The notes under the pieces: generated by a model
Seen by the model: the letters and a program-made list of their open reading frames with translations, nothing else
What the model was told of the DNA's origin: nothing
Databases searched by the model: none
Assembly (NCBI RefSeq): GCF_054482525.1
Contig: NZ_CM137006.1
Strand: one strand, 5' to 3'
DNA: 64,000 nucleotides
In this document: positions 20,901 to 30,500 of the stretch, piece by piece
Layout: each line of letters starts with the position of its first letter
Position numbering within the stretch: the first letter of the stretch is position 1
Made by a program: the position numbers and the translations under genes

Positions 20901-21052
20901 GAACAAAGCGCGTCTTTTAGCCACTCATCAACGAATATATCCTGCGCTTGTTTAGGCAGGTTTTCACCGTGGCAGTAAGTCCACTTGACTCCGCTTAAAC
21001 CTTTTAAACGGTCGATAATTCCATTTTCTGTGACGGTTTGTTCGTTAAACAT
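17990..21052 (-). CDS. hsdR: Type I restriction enzyme R subunit HsdR
   Basis: 1020 aa from MFNEQTV. PD-(D/E)xK-like DIVLYVNGMPLVVGEVK; helicase motifs QGSGKS and VDEAHRTQ. The start lies 1 nt after the hsdS stop. Confidence 0.93.
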   Translation of the reverse strand: MFNEQTVTENGIIDRLKGLSGVKWTYCHGENLPKQAQDIFVDEWLKDALCSLNPDIGRQPDYADEVIYKLRGVVLEARHTGLVKANENFQEWLMADKTLPFGKNGDHITINLIDFDNIENNHFVVAQQVHYIAATEVYFDIVLYVNGMPLVVGEVKTATRPSVTWQDGAADFMGGKKYYWKNVESFFVPNLLCFASEGKTFAYGAINARVKDWGPWHNTELRDEILPGLASVLNSCESLLNPQTLLQLLESFALFSTVKTGKNTPPKRVKILPRYPQFEAAKQIVERVRRGYPKKGLIWHFQGSGKSLLMLYAAKMLRADNALKNPTVLIVVDRRDLDSQINETFGGADVKNLIKVQSCKKLGEYIEQDSRGILITTIFKFKDIEIDDSNPNGLNNRDNIIVLVDEAHRTQEGGLGEKMRWALPNAHFYGLTGTPISGIDRNTFKLFGAEEDPGRYMSRYSYKQSIRDGATNPVKFEPRLAELRVDRDAINEEFEQLATENNLDEEEKAALSRRAGKLAIMLKSPRRMAAVSNDIAEHFTNHVMPKKMKGMVVVYDREACVQMYYLLGEKLGFDAVEVVMNVDQAPIKVEEGGKKDKLNKDWLKWHDELELPVKQVDFERWQHIDAEEQVQKDLIECFKDPEYPLQLIIVTAKLLTGFDAPICYCMYLDKPLRDHTLLQAMCRTNRLYETDTVRKDMGLIIDYLGVFENLRTALAYNPEEIEGVVEGIEAFKELLPLQLNKCLSFFPGVDRSIAGFEGIMAAQECLPTNEKRDEFAASFGVLSKLWSAINPDPFLTPYRQDYKWLAQIYESVRPVGQTGALVWAALGPETIKMIHEHTDINRIRDDIDELVMDEHAIFTLTAKEQEQRAKRLEIDLMGRLRGSHDPKFVALGERLEKLRQDYEAGVIKAIDWLKGLLDAAKDTVQAERETGERPVTEADNKQALTKLFLETRPETTPKLIGDVVEQIDKIVKATRFDGWQNSNSGPREIQKALLLTLAQFGLGKDKELFQKAYGYIEEHY

Positions 21053-21053
21053 T

Positions 21054-22241
21054 TTATATTTCCTTATCAATCATAGCTTGGCGCAGTTGAATAATTTTCC
21101 CCAAGGATTCATTGTGCCTATAAATATTCTCATACGAACACTTAAACGTATTAATGATTGATGCTTGAATATCGAAGGGAGGAATAGGAATTTGAATTTT
21201 TAAAAAGTTATCTTTATTTATTTTCTTCATACTTCCGCTAGTTCCAGCAGCAATACCTTGAATAGCTCGACGGCCATATGGAGACATCAGATAGTACATT
21301 AAAAACTCTTTTTTAATAAATTTTTCGTCAACAGCCAATCTCCACATCGTGTCTGGGAAAATCGTATTCCCATTGCCAGTCGATCCTTTATATTTTCCAA
21401 CTAAACCAACCAACTCCGCTGTATTAGAACGAGAGATTAACAAATCACCATCATTGCATGTTTTTCCTTTTAAAAAATGATCTTCTGTAATATTTTTTAA
21501 AGTAGTTTCTCTGAATCCTGATTTCGACAAACTATTTAGGTTCAGGACATAGTACCCAGTCCCGACTGCGGTTTCAACAGGAGAATATCCCCCTTCTGGA
21601 GAATCAATTAAAACATCTTTAATAGAACCAAAAGTCCATCCAACCGGAAGAGGAACACATTTATTCTCCCTCGAATCAAAGTAGTTATCAAAAGTCCGTA
21701 GACCAATAGCATATAATAATCTTTTAGCTGCTTTGAGAGCACTTAAATATAGAAGTTCTTTCTTTGCTAACGAATCAAAGATTATTAATGACGAGTATTG
21801 CTGTTCAATGCTCGGTATATTAACTTCTAGTTTATTTAAATCACTCCATTTTATTCGCGATGATAGCGAGCCGGCGGAATTTGCAATCACCTTTTCCATA
21901 AAAGAGGTTGATTGCATCAAGTGGGGTAAGTACCCATCCAATAAGTAGTTGTTTTTCCTTGGTTTAATTACCATTGCATCAGCAGAGCAAATACCATTAA
22001 TAGGGCTCACCGACACCCTTTTTAAATATGTATTTCGTCTACTAAAAATTATTTCGCCACACTTTACCTTAAAGGCTTGTGTTTTCAATTCAACGTCAGC
22101 CCCCCAATCATGAACATAAAAATAACCAGATTTCAAATGTTCCAACCCAATAAAATGCTTAGCATCGTCGCTTGTTGGGGAGATTCTAACCATAACCTGT
22201 TCAGCAAGATCACCAAATGTAACATTTCTTTTATTATTCAT
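21054..22241 (-). CDS. hsdS: Type I R-M specificity subunit HsdS (two TRDs)
   Basis: 395 aa from MNNKRNVTFGDL. Two TRD-like halves separated by a helical spacer. AT-rich. Overlaps the hsdM stop. Confidence 0.88.
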   Translation of the reverse strand: MNNKRNVTFGDLAEQVMVRISPTSDDAKHFIGLEHLKSGYFYVHDWGADVELKTQAFKVKCGEIIFSRRNTYLKRVSVSPINGICSADAMVIKPRKNNYLLDGYLPHLMQSTSFMEKVIANSAGSLSSRIKWSDLNKLEVNIPSIEQQYSSLIIFDSLAKKELLYLSALKAAKRLLYAIGLRTFDNYFDSRENKCVPLPVGWTFGSIKDVLIDSPEGGYSPVETAVGTGYYVLNLNSLSKSGFRETTLKNITEDHFLKGKTCNDGDLLISRSNTAELVGLVGKYKGSTGNGNTIFPDTMWRLAVDEKFIKKEFLMYYLMSPYGRRAIQGIAAGTSGSMKKINKDNFLKIQIPIPPFDIQASIINTFKCSYENIYRHNESLGKIIQLRQAMIDKEI

Positions 22242-23739
22242 TATTATATTTCTCTCTATCAATTTCATAGCCAATGCTATCCAAGCTATCAAACAATACC
22301 TTGATATTTCTTTTGAGTTTTACGCTACTGACTTTCCATGATTCGATAGCATGCTGAATATCATTCATTTTGACATTGTTTTGAGATTTCACATAAAGTG
22401 AAATCGATAAATTATAGAAATTTTCTTTAATAGCTTCGATATCCACTAAAGCGGTTATGTCGTTTTTTTTCTCCGGATTAAAATAAGCCTCGCATAATAC
22501 TTCCAAATCATCATCAGATAGGCGACTATGGGCACGTTCACGGGTAACATACTCAACCCCGTTGATAAACAAAACCTTATTTTTGCGTTCAGCAGGTTTA
22601 TTGCAATTAAGCACCACCAAGCAAGATTCCATCGGCGAGTTGTAAAACAGATTTGGTCCCAAACCAATCACCGCTTCGATTATGTCGGATTCAATCACCT
22701 GTTTACGAATGGCTTGTTCAGAATCACGGAACAGTACACCATGCGGCCAGAGCATGGCAGCACGACCGGTGTCGGGTTTTAAACTTTTGATTATATGGGT
22801 ATAAAACGCATAATCAGCACAACCTTGTGGAGGCACGCCATAGAGATTACGCCCATAGGGATCGGCTGCAAACTTGTCACGATTCCATTTCTTAATGGAG
22901 TATGGTGGGTTAGCAAAAATCACATCAAACTGCTTGAGCCGATCGTTTTCAATAAACTTTGGCTCAGCCAAAGTATCACCACGCAGCACATCAAACTCTT
23001 CAATATCATGCAGGAACATATTCATACGAGCAATAGCGGAAGTCAGCAGGTTCACTTCCTGACCATAAAGGTGCACAGAGCGCCACTCTTCTCCTCTTGC
23101 ACGAAGATCCATCACTGCATTTAGCAACATCCCTCCAGTGCCACACGTTGGATCATAGGCTGTTTCACCCGGTTTTAAGCCCATAATGCGCGTCATTAAA
23201 TGCACGACTGTTCGGTTGGTGTAGAACTCTGCTGCCGTATGACCGGAATCATCAGCGAACTTTTTAATCAGGTATTCGTAGGCCTCACCAAGATCATCCT
23301 GAGCGACAGATTTAATACCGAGCGGTATTTTACTGAAATGTTCAATCAGATCAGCCAGCAGATGATCGGGCAGGCGCTCTTTATTGGTCCACTGCGCATC
23401 ACCGAAGACGCCATGTAAACGCGGATTATTGGCTTCAATTAGTCGAAGCGCATTCTGGATCGCTTCACCAATGTTTTTACTGGTATTGCGTACCTTTTCC
23501 CAACTGGCTTCAGAGGGAATATTGAAACGGTGAAACATCGGCATGGCGGCATATTCAGCATCACCTTCATGGAGTTCCAGCGCTTCGTTATATTCTTCCA
23601 GATAGACATCTGACAGGCGTTTGTAAAACAGCAACGGGAAGATATACTGCTTGTAGTCTGATGCGTCAATTTGGCCACGAAGAAATTCGGCGGCTCCCCA
23701 GAGCAGCTCTTCCAGCTTTTTATTACTCATAGTACTCAT
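22234..23739 (-). CDS. hsdM: Type I R-M methyltransferase subunit, distal paralog (HsdM-2)
   Basis: HsdM N-terminal domain; EFYTNRTVV; DPTCGTGGML; ANPPYSIKKW. ATGA overlap with the upstream hsdM paralog. Confidence 0.9.
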   Translation of the reverse strand: MSTMSNKKLEELLWGAAEFLRGQIDASDYKQYIFPLLFYKRLSDVYLEEYNEALELHEGDAEYAAMPMFHRFNIPSEASWEKVRNTSKNIGEAIQNALRLIEANNPRLHGVFGDAQWTNKERLPDHLLADLIEHFSKIPLGIKSVAQDDLGEAYEYLIKKFADDSGHTAAEFYTNRTVVHLMTRIMGLKPGETAYDPTCGTGGMLLNAVMDLRARGEEWRSVHLYGQEVNLLTSAIARMNMFLHDIEEFDVLRGDTLAEPKFIENDRLKQFDVIFANPPYSIKKWNRDKFAADPYGRNLYGVPPQGCADYAFYTHIIKSLKPDTGRAAMLWPHGVLFRDSEQAIRKQVIESDIIEAVIGLGPNLFYNSPMESCLVVLNCNKPAERKNKVLFINGVEYVTRERAHSRLSDDDLEVLCEAYFNPEKKNDITALVDIEAIKENFYNLSISLYVKSQNNVKMNDIQHAIESWKVSSVKLKRNIKVLFDSLDSIGYEIDREKYNNE

Positions 23740-25235
23740 ACCTCGAACCCTTCTTTGATAAGCAGGGCCTCCAGCTCCTCTTCTGCTTTTTCCAGCTCAG
23801 CCAGCTTCCGTTGAAAATCTTTGAGCGCCTCTTCCACAGTGATGGTTTCTTCTTCGAGTGGCTTTTGCACATAACGAGCAATATTTAGATTGAAGTCATT
23901 TTCTTCAATCTCCTTCAGAGGAACCCAGCGTGCAACGCCTTCGATTTCTTTTGCATCTGGCCCTTGTTGCGCCTGGTCATGATAGATTTGGTATATTTCA
24001 TCGGCCTGCTTGTTGGACAGCGTATTCTGCGCACGTCCCTTGGTATAGATTTCTTCAGCATTGATGATCAATACATGATCTTTATGCGCGGCCGGACGTG
24101 ATTTACGCAGCACCAAAATACACGCAGGAATCCCAGTTCCATAGAACAGGTTGGAAGCAACACCAATAATCGCCACAATGCGATTCTCTTGCAGTAATTT
24201 GGTTCGAATTGCCCCCTCTGCGCCGCCACGAAACAGCACACCATGAGGTAATACGACTGCCATACGTCCATTGTCGTTAAGTGAAGCAAACATATGCTGC
24301 ACCCAGGCAAAATCACCATTTGTTTTAGGCGCCAGGCCATATTGCTTACGGCCATAGGGATCGTTCGACCACAGATCGTATCCCCATTCTTTTAAGCTAA
24401 ACGGTGGGTTGGCAACAACGCAGTCAAAGGTTTCTAAACGATCGCTTTTTAAAAATTTAGGTTCGCGTAAAGTATCCCCTCGGACAATATCGAAATCTTC
24501 CTGTCCATGCAGGAACAGATTCATACGCGCAATAGCTTCCGTCGTTAAGTTCTTTTCCTGACCCTTGATTTTTAGTAAACGCGGATCACCACCATTTTCT
24601 TTTACATGGTGGATGGTCTCAAGCAGCATACCACCGGTACCACAGGCGGGATCGTAGACACTCTCACCGGCTTTTGGATCAAGAATGTTAACCATCAAAC
24701 GAACGATAGTTCGTGGGGTATAGAACTCACCTGCTTTCTTATTGGCTTTGTCTGCAAAGCGTTTGATCAGATACTCGTATGCGCGCCCCATATCATCGTC
24801 ACGGACACTAGAAACGCCAAGGTTCACCTTATTGAAGTGATTGAGTAACGTAGCCAGTAACTCATCAGAAAGGCGTTCTTTATTGGTCCAGCTGGCATCG
24901 CCAAAAATGCCATGCAGTTTAGGGTTTGCCAGTTCTATACCACGGAAGGACTCTTTTAAAGCCTGACCGATGTCCTTGGTCTCAGCGAAAACATCGCGCC
25001 AGTGGCAATTTTCAGGTATCTGAATACGGTGAAACATCTTGCCCTTGGCAAGCTCTGCATCCCCAACGCTCTCCATCGCATCAGCAAATTCTTCGTCATA
25101 CACGTCACAAATGCGCTTGAAGAACAAGATGGGGAAAATGTACGTTTTGTAATCTGACGCATCAATGGGCCCTGTAATAATATGGGCTGCATGCCATAGA
25201 TGGGCCTCGAGATCTTTTAGGTTAATCAGTGTCAT
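23736..25235 (-). CDS. hsdM: Type I R-M methyltransferase subunit, proximal paralog (HsdM-1)
   Basis: 499 aa from MTLINLKDLEAHLWHAA; EFYTPRTIV; DPACGTGGML; ANPPFSLKEW; C-terminal coiled coil. The ORF-track extension was trimmed. Confidence 0.9.
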   Translation of the reverse strand: MTLINLKDLEAHLWHAAHIITGPIDASDYKTYIFPILFFKRICDVYDEEFADAMESVGDAELAKGKMFHRIQIPENCHWRDVFAETKDIGQALKESFRGIELANPKLHGIFGDASWTNKERLSDELLATLLNHFNKVNLGVSSVRDDDMGRAYEYLIKRFADKANKKAGEFYTPRTIVRLMVNILDPKAGESVYDPACGTGGMLLETIHHVKENGGDPRLLKIKGQEKNLTTEAIARMNLFLHGQEDFDIVRGDTLREPKFLKSDRLETFDCVVANPPFSLKEWGYDLWSNDPYGRKQYGLAPKTNGDFAWVQHMFASLNDNGRMAVVLPHGVLFRGGAEGAIRTKLLQENRIVAIIGVASNLFYGTGIPACILVLRKSRPAAHKDHVLIINAEEIYTKGRAQNTLSNKQADEIYQIYHDQAQQGPDAKEIEGVARWVPLKEIEENDFNLNIARYVQKPLEEETITVEEALKDFQRKLAELEKAEEELEALLIKEGFEV

Positions 25236-25478
25236 TGTTGTCTCTTTTCGATCCTGCAGTGCTTGAACTCTCAGCAACTCATGGATTTCACAGTAAAAAA
25301 GCAAGCAAAGCGATTCCACAACCACCTGAGCGTTCAATACGTATGACGCCTTTACCCAAGTTGCTTAAATCAAGGAAATTGCCAGAGATAATACTCTGGC
25401 ATCAGAATGATACCAAGTTGAAGGGCTGATTTCCGCATCAATACCTTGTGGTAATAGGGGATTACTCTTTTACCCTTA

Positions 25479-26296
25479 TTGGCGCAAAATGGCGGCATTT
25501 ACTCATTTCTCCATCGGAGCATCTTACGCGCTATAACCACTCTCGTTTTTTCCTATTCCCATGCAGATGAAGCACTACGCAATGAACTTGAGAAGCATCT
25601 CTCCCCGCTGAAGCGAACCGGGAAGATCACAACATGGCACGATCGCCGCATCGTTCCTGGTCAGGAGTTCGAACGTCAGATCGACCACTATTTTTCGCAA
25701 GCAGATATCATCCTGATCCTGATCCTGATCCTGATCAGCAGTGACTTTATTGCTTCTGATTACTGCTATCAGGTAGAGATGAAAAACGCACTGGAACGGC
25801 ATGACCGGGGCGAGGCGGTGGTCATTCCGGTAATTTTAAGAAACTGTGCATGGCATCAGTTATAATTCGGCAGCATTATGGCGGCGACTATCGACGGTAA
25901 ACCCATCACTAAGTTTGCCACCCACGATGAAGGCTACGTTCAGGTCGTCGAGGCCGTCTCGCGTGCCATTGCCCGGATGGAAGCCAAAAAACTACAGCAA
26001 ACCATACATATCCCTTCACCGGCTCCGGCGAATCCGATCTTTTAGGGAGTAGATTCCGTTTTTACACCGCGTTCAAGCAACCTTACTCTATCTGTTATAG
26101 CCAGGATAATGTTGTTCGAAACAGTATTAACGAAATTGTAAGCCTTGCTGATAACGGCCAGACTCTTGGTTTTCGTGCTCTGATGGGAGGCTTCAGTCGT
26201 GGAACTTCACGAGACGAACTATTGACCAATGAAGGTATGTCGGAACATCTCTGGGAAATGTTCTTCGGGCTAATCAAGCAAAGAATGTCCCGATAA
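25479..26296 (+). pseudogene. Disrupted TIR-domain protein gene
   Basis: TIR signature VFSYSHADEALRNELEKHL...SSDFIASDYC...VIPVILRNCAW. In-frame TAA at 25863 and TAG at 26043. The likely ATG at 25489 is out of frame. The C-terminal part (..ADNGQTLGFRALMGG..KQRMSR*) is readable only in frame +2. Confidence 0.8.
25710..25736 (+). repeat. Hexanucleotide tandem repeat (atcctg x4.5) inside the TIR gene
   Basis: atcctgatcctgatcctgatcctgatc, translated ILILILILI within a conserved TIR strand. Confidence 0.95.
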
Positions 26297-26311
26297 TTTG
26301 CCATATCACAG

Positions 26312-26333
26312 TCGGGCATACTGCCCGATTTTT
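26312..26333 (+). terminator. Rho-independent terminator of the TIR gene
   Basis: tcgggca-tac-tgcccga followed by ttttt, 16 nt after the frame +2 stop codon. Confidence 0.75.
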
Positions 26334-26444
26334 GTGCTGTCATTATTGGCAATATCTCAATAGGCGTTGAGAAATGGTGCAATTTAATCTTGCCAGAGCG
26401 CTGTTACTTGGGGACGAAATGAATGGGCTCCTGCTGTAGTTACA

Positions 26445-26476
26445 GCAACGCCTGTATATACAAAAACAGGCGTTGC
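26445..26476. terminator. Strong hairpin just downstream of the Mrr-like gene
   Basis: gcaacgcctgt / acaggcgttgc 11-bp stem; weak U-tract. Confidence 0.5.
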
Positions 26477-26480
26477 AAAT

Positions 26481-27476
26481 TCATGCAGGCAAATACGTTT
26501 TCTTAAGCGGCACCAACAGCTTAGTTTCAATATCCACCTGCTCATAGTTTTCCACTAACGCGCGTACCAAATCGTCCAGCGTCCATAGCGTCAACGGGAT
26601 TGTAGAACGATCGGCCTCATAACGCGCATCCTTGCTGAATCCGCCGGTACTAACATACAGCCCGCGATCGTCTTTATGACGGCCACCGATAAAGCTACGG
26701 ATTTGCTGGCTGCTCATCTGTTCCCGCCGGTGCTTCACCTCAACAATAATGCGCGGATTTTCAAACCCAAATCCGTCAGGCGAAGCAATGATGTCTTTCC
26801 CACGGTCAGCACCCGCAGGCGATACCTGAGTTTTATATCCCATGCTGCGTAACACGCCAGCGACCAGATTCTGCATCTCATCCCAGTCGAGACGGTTGAT
26901 ACGATCCTTGATGCCTTCAAAAGCGATCATTTCCATGTCGCGCAGAGGATTAGAAACGACCTCATCCTCTTCACCTGAAACAGGTACTTCCGGCACGATA
27001 TCTGAGACAGGCTTATTGCCCTGCACTAATTCATTCACAGCAAAATCAGGCACCTGAAAAACTGTCAGCGTTGAACCAAGGGTGTTTCTGGTTGCATCAC
27101 TCAGACTATCGCGCTTAATCTCTTCCGCATTCCACTTCACTTTACGGGCGATGCCCATGCCATCTTCAAGCCACTCGGCATGAAACTCAAAATCTGACGC
27201 TATTTTCCCTATTAAATAGGTCCGATTAGAAGGTGAATAAGTGATAGCCCAGTCGCCTTTCTGCATTTCATTCACAAAGCGCCAGACCTGAGAAGCTCCA
27301 GAACGAACTGTGCCTGGCTTAGTCTGTGGCTCAAGCTCCTGATACCGGGTAAACAACTGCTCTCTTGAGCATCCAGGTTTCACATAGGGAGCGAGCTGCG
27401 ACCAACCAATTGCAACAACCTGTTTGTCTCTGAAGTCGTCGTACAATTTTCCGCCATCACCGCGGATCATCCACAT
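26481..27476 (-). CDS. Mrr-like (type IV) restriction endonuclease with N-terminal uncharacterised domain
   Basis: C-terminal Mrr_cat-like block (RGKDIIAS...IIVEVKHRRE..STGGFSKDA). Start chosen at MWMIRGDGGKLY; the ORF-track extension overlaps the upstream gene. Confidence 0.8.
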   Translation of the reverse strand: MWMIRGDGGKLYDDFRDKQVVAIGWSQLAPYVKPGCSREQLFTRYQELEPQTKPGTVRSGASQVWRFVNEMQKGDWAITYSPSNRTYLIGKIASDFEFHAEWLEDGMGIARKVKWNAEEIKRDSLSDATRNTLGSTLTVFQVPDFAVNELVQGNKPVSDIVPEVPVSGEEDEVVSNPLRDMEMIAFEGIKDRINRLDWDEMQNLVAGVLRSMGYKTQVSPAGADRGKDIIASPDGFGFENPRIIVEVKHRREQMSSQQIRSFIGGRHKDDRGLYVSTGGFSKDARYEADRSTIPLTLWTLDDLVRALVENYEQVDIETKLLVPLKKTYLPA

Positions 27477-27597
27477 CTTAGTCGCCACAATAATTCCTTC
27501 TGAAAATACTTCATCGTTATACCGGGACGTGATCATTCCATTCAGCCATCTTATCCAGGGAAAAACACCGATAAGATGGCTAATCAAAATGTCTGTT

Positions 27598-30500
27598 CTA
27601 AACCTGACGCCTCTCAAGACTATTATAAATAGCCTCAATTTCACCTTTCAGGTTATCACCAGAGTAAACCATCGATGTATCGTATCGTTCATATCGCGCT
27701 TCCCGTGTCGCACTAAACCAGTTGAACGATCCCACGCATAGCAAACCATCATCACCAATAACAATTTTGCTATGAACACGGTTTACCAGCTTTGTAGCAA
27801 TACCCAGCGCATTCAGTTTCTCCAGCGCCGCTTTAAGGTTCTGCTGCTTCTCTTTTCGCTTCTCAAAATCTTTATGTTCAGTGTTGTAGCTTCTGTCAGT
27901 GACTATCGTGACGTTAATACCACGTGAACACGCCGCAATCATGGAATCAAGAAAACCCGTTTGCTCCAGCTTTTGCCAGGTCAGCCATGGAGAAACTATC
28001 GTGATGTGTTTATCGGTATTTTCAAACGTCTGATTCAGGAAATTATCATGCTGCTCCACACCATGGAGTGTGTAGATTTTGGTCTCGGAAGTTTTTAAAT
28101 CCTTACGCTCTTTATAATCAAAAGAGAGCGCATTCTTCTCGGACTCAAAGAGATATTTTGCCAGTAATCCCCGCGGAGATGAGGGAGGCTGGATCTCAAA
28201 CAGATCCATATCGCCGAAGACCAGGAAGCTATCCTTCGCACGGGAGACTGCAACATTCAGCATGCTGTTATCGCTATCAATAAACCCGCCATCTTCATGT
28301 TTTGAATAGACTGGCGAGAATATAACAATCGCTCTTTCCGCTCCCTGAAGAGAGTGCACGGTGCCCACGGTGAGCGACTTTTCATTCGCGCCCGTACTGA
28401 TACCTTGTTTACCCAGCGCCTGTTTGATAGTGGATACCTGCGCGCTAAAAGGCGTCACGATACCGACAACTTCATGAAGCGATTTGCCGTAATGCGCTTC
28501 AATATTTTGCTGGTTCTCTGCCAACCAGGCCGCTATCGTTTCAGCCTCAAGCAAATTATATCTACTTCCACTACTTGCCAGCTCTCCTTTACCATCAATA
28601 TGGAGATAACCCATTGCGGGCATTAAATTGCTCTCTTCGCGCCCTCTTTTAGGCAACAACTTACCGTGATAGCAGAGCGTATTACAGTATCCAATAATAT
28701 TATCGAAGCACCGGCGGTGTTCATATAGGTACATACCACGAGCCAGTTCGGGATCATATTGATAGCGCGAAGCAAACTGCGCTATTTTCATAACGCTGCC
28801 AGATGCGGCACTTTTACCAAGGTCTGCGATTGCCGTATATTTCTCGGTAATCTCTTCTTGCGTACTGCCAGACAGAATTTTTTCCGCAAGCATGTTACCG
28901 ACATCAATCGCGGGAGCAATACTCCATATTGGCGGGATCTGCTCCGTATCGCCAATCACTAATGCCTTCTTAGCTAATGCAAACGAGGCAGCAGCCACTT
29001 CAGGAAGCACCTGCCCGGCTTCATCGACAATGAGTAAATCGGCAAAATCATACAAATAACTTTTCTCGAATTTACGTTGTCCTTTGTGCTCACTTATCTG
29101 CATATTGCCGGGCAGCATATAGCATGTCATCACCACACATGGAGTGAGTTTCATTCGACGTTGCCAACGGGCGGTTACCCCTTTAGCGCCTTTTTTCTTC
29201 TTCTCTTCCTGCAGATCATCAATTCTGGCCATATCCATCAGCCAACGACCTTCCCAGTAGTGAGTCGTCAGTAAAAATGCAGGGAAGCGAATCTGCGTAT
29301 CAGCCAGTTCATCGGCCTGTGAGAAGCTCAGTTCCTCGTCGCCCTCATACCCTAAATCAAATGCCAGCCTCTGCCACTCCTGAACCGCCTGCTGTTCTTT
29401 AAGAACGATTTCATGGGCGGAGTCAATCTGCTGCCGGTATGTTGTTTGCTCGCGCTCAGCGGAATTGAGCAGCCCATCAATATTACGTTCGATAGTTTCA
29501 GGATCAGACCACTGATTTCCTGCAATCAGCGCGCCTAATTTATCTTCGAGAAACAACTGTATTTGGTACTGTCGCTTACTACGAACCGCTGGGAGCCAGG
29601 AAAATAATGAATAGATCAGTGATTCACCGGCGCGATATTTTTTCCATTCCGTTTTAGCACTCTTCAGTAGAGTGACTTTTTGTTCTTGTCCGGAAAGTAA
29701 TTTATTTAAATTATCGAGATATTGCTCAATGTCGTTAGCAATAAGCTCACGCGCAGCCCGTACCTGGCTTAACGTTTGCCATGTTGCGTTCAGTCTTATC
29801 AGTTGCTCGGATTTTGCTGCCAACTGACCATGCAGGAGTTCAATGACCTTTTCAGGGGATGAACACTCTTTTTCAGGAAAAGCTGCCTTAGCTTTCTCGA
29901 GATAAAACAGCAGTGCATCCTCTACATACTCTTTTGACTCAACCTGGTTGAAGAAATCTTCAGTTTGATATTTTTTGGCTGCCTCAGCTTTACGAGTGCT
30001 TGAGGGAAAATAAGCGCCGAAGCTTTTCAGCTCTGGCAACCATCGTCCGGCCATCGCACCTGAACCTTGCGAAAAGTCTTTCCCGAATGCCTCAATAATG
30101 TTCGTTACAGCCTGGTTATTCGTTGAAGTCGCGATAATAACCGGAGGCTCAGATTTTTCGAGAGCTGCTCTGGCCCACTGCGTGGCGATGATAGAAAGCA
30201 CCAGCGTGGTTTTTCCGGTTCCCGGAGGTCCATTAACAGCAAGGATATCGCCATGTCTTGCATCCAGAAAATGGCTTAAGGCATCGCGCTGAGCCTTTGC
30301 CAGCGGAAACTTATCTCCGGAGTGTCCAAGCCTGTCGCTGAATTTTGCTCCTGGAGCCAGCAAAGACTCTGCAGCATGAACCTCTCGCGAGGCGAAGCGA
30401 TTGAAGAGCGGCACATCCTTCTTGCAAACAAGCAGGTGATCATAAAGAGAAAGGATATGGAAACTGGCACCGCCAGATTGCGCCGTTTTAACAATATAAC

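Noticed and set aside
25235-25337. N-terminal extensions in the ORF track (hsdM-1 to 25337; also Mrr-like to 27644, fimA to 7064, fimI to 6424, hsdS to 22292)
   Set aside because: Internal starts give canonical N-termini or K-12 lengths and remove overlaps with upstream genes, so the extensions are treated as non-coding.
25863-26045. In-frame TAA/TAG in the TIR gene as programmed readthrough or recoding
   Set aside because: A start-codon frame mismatch and a downstream frameshift are also present, so simple pseudogenisation is the more economical explanation.
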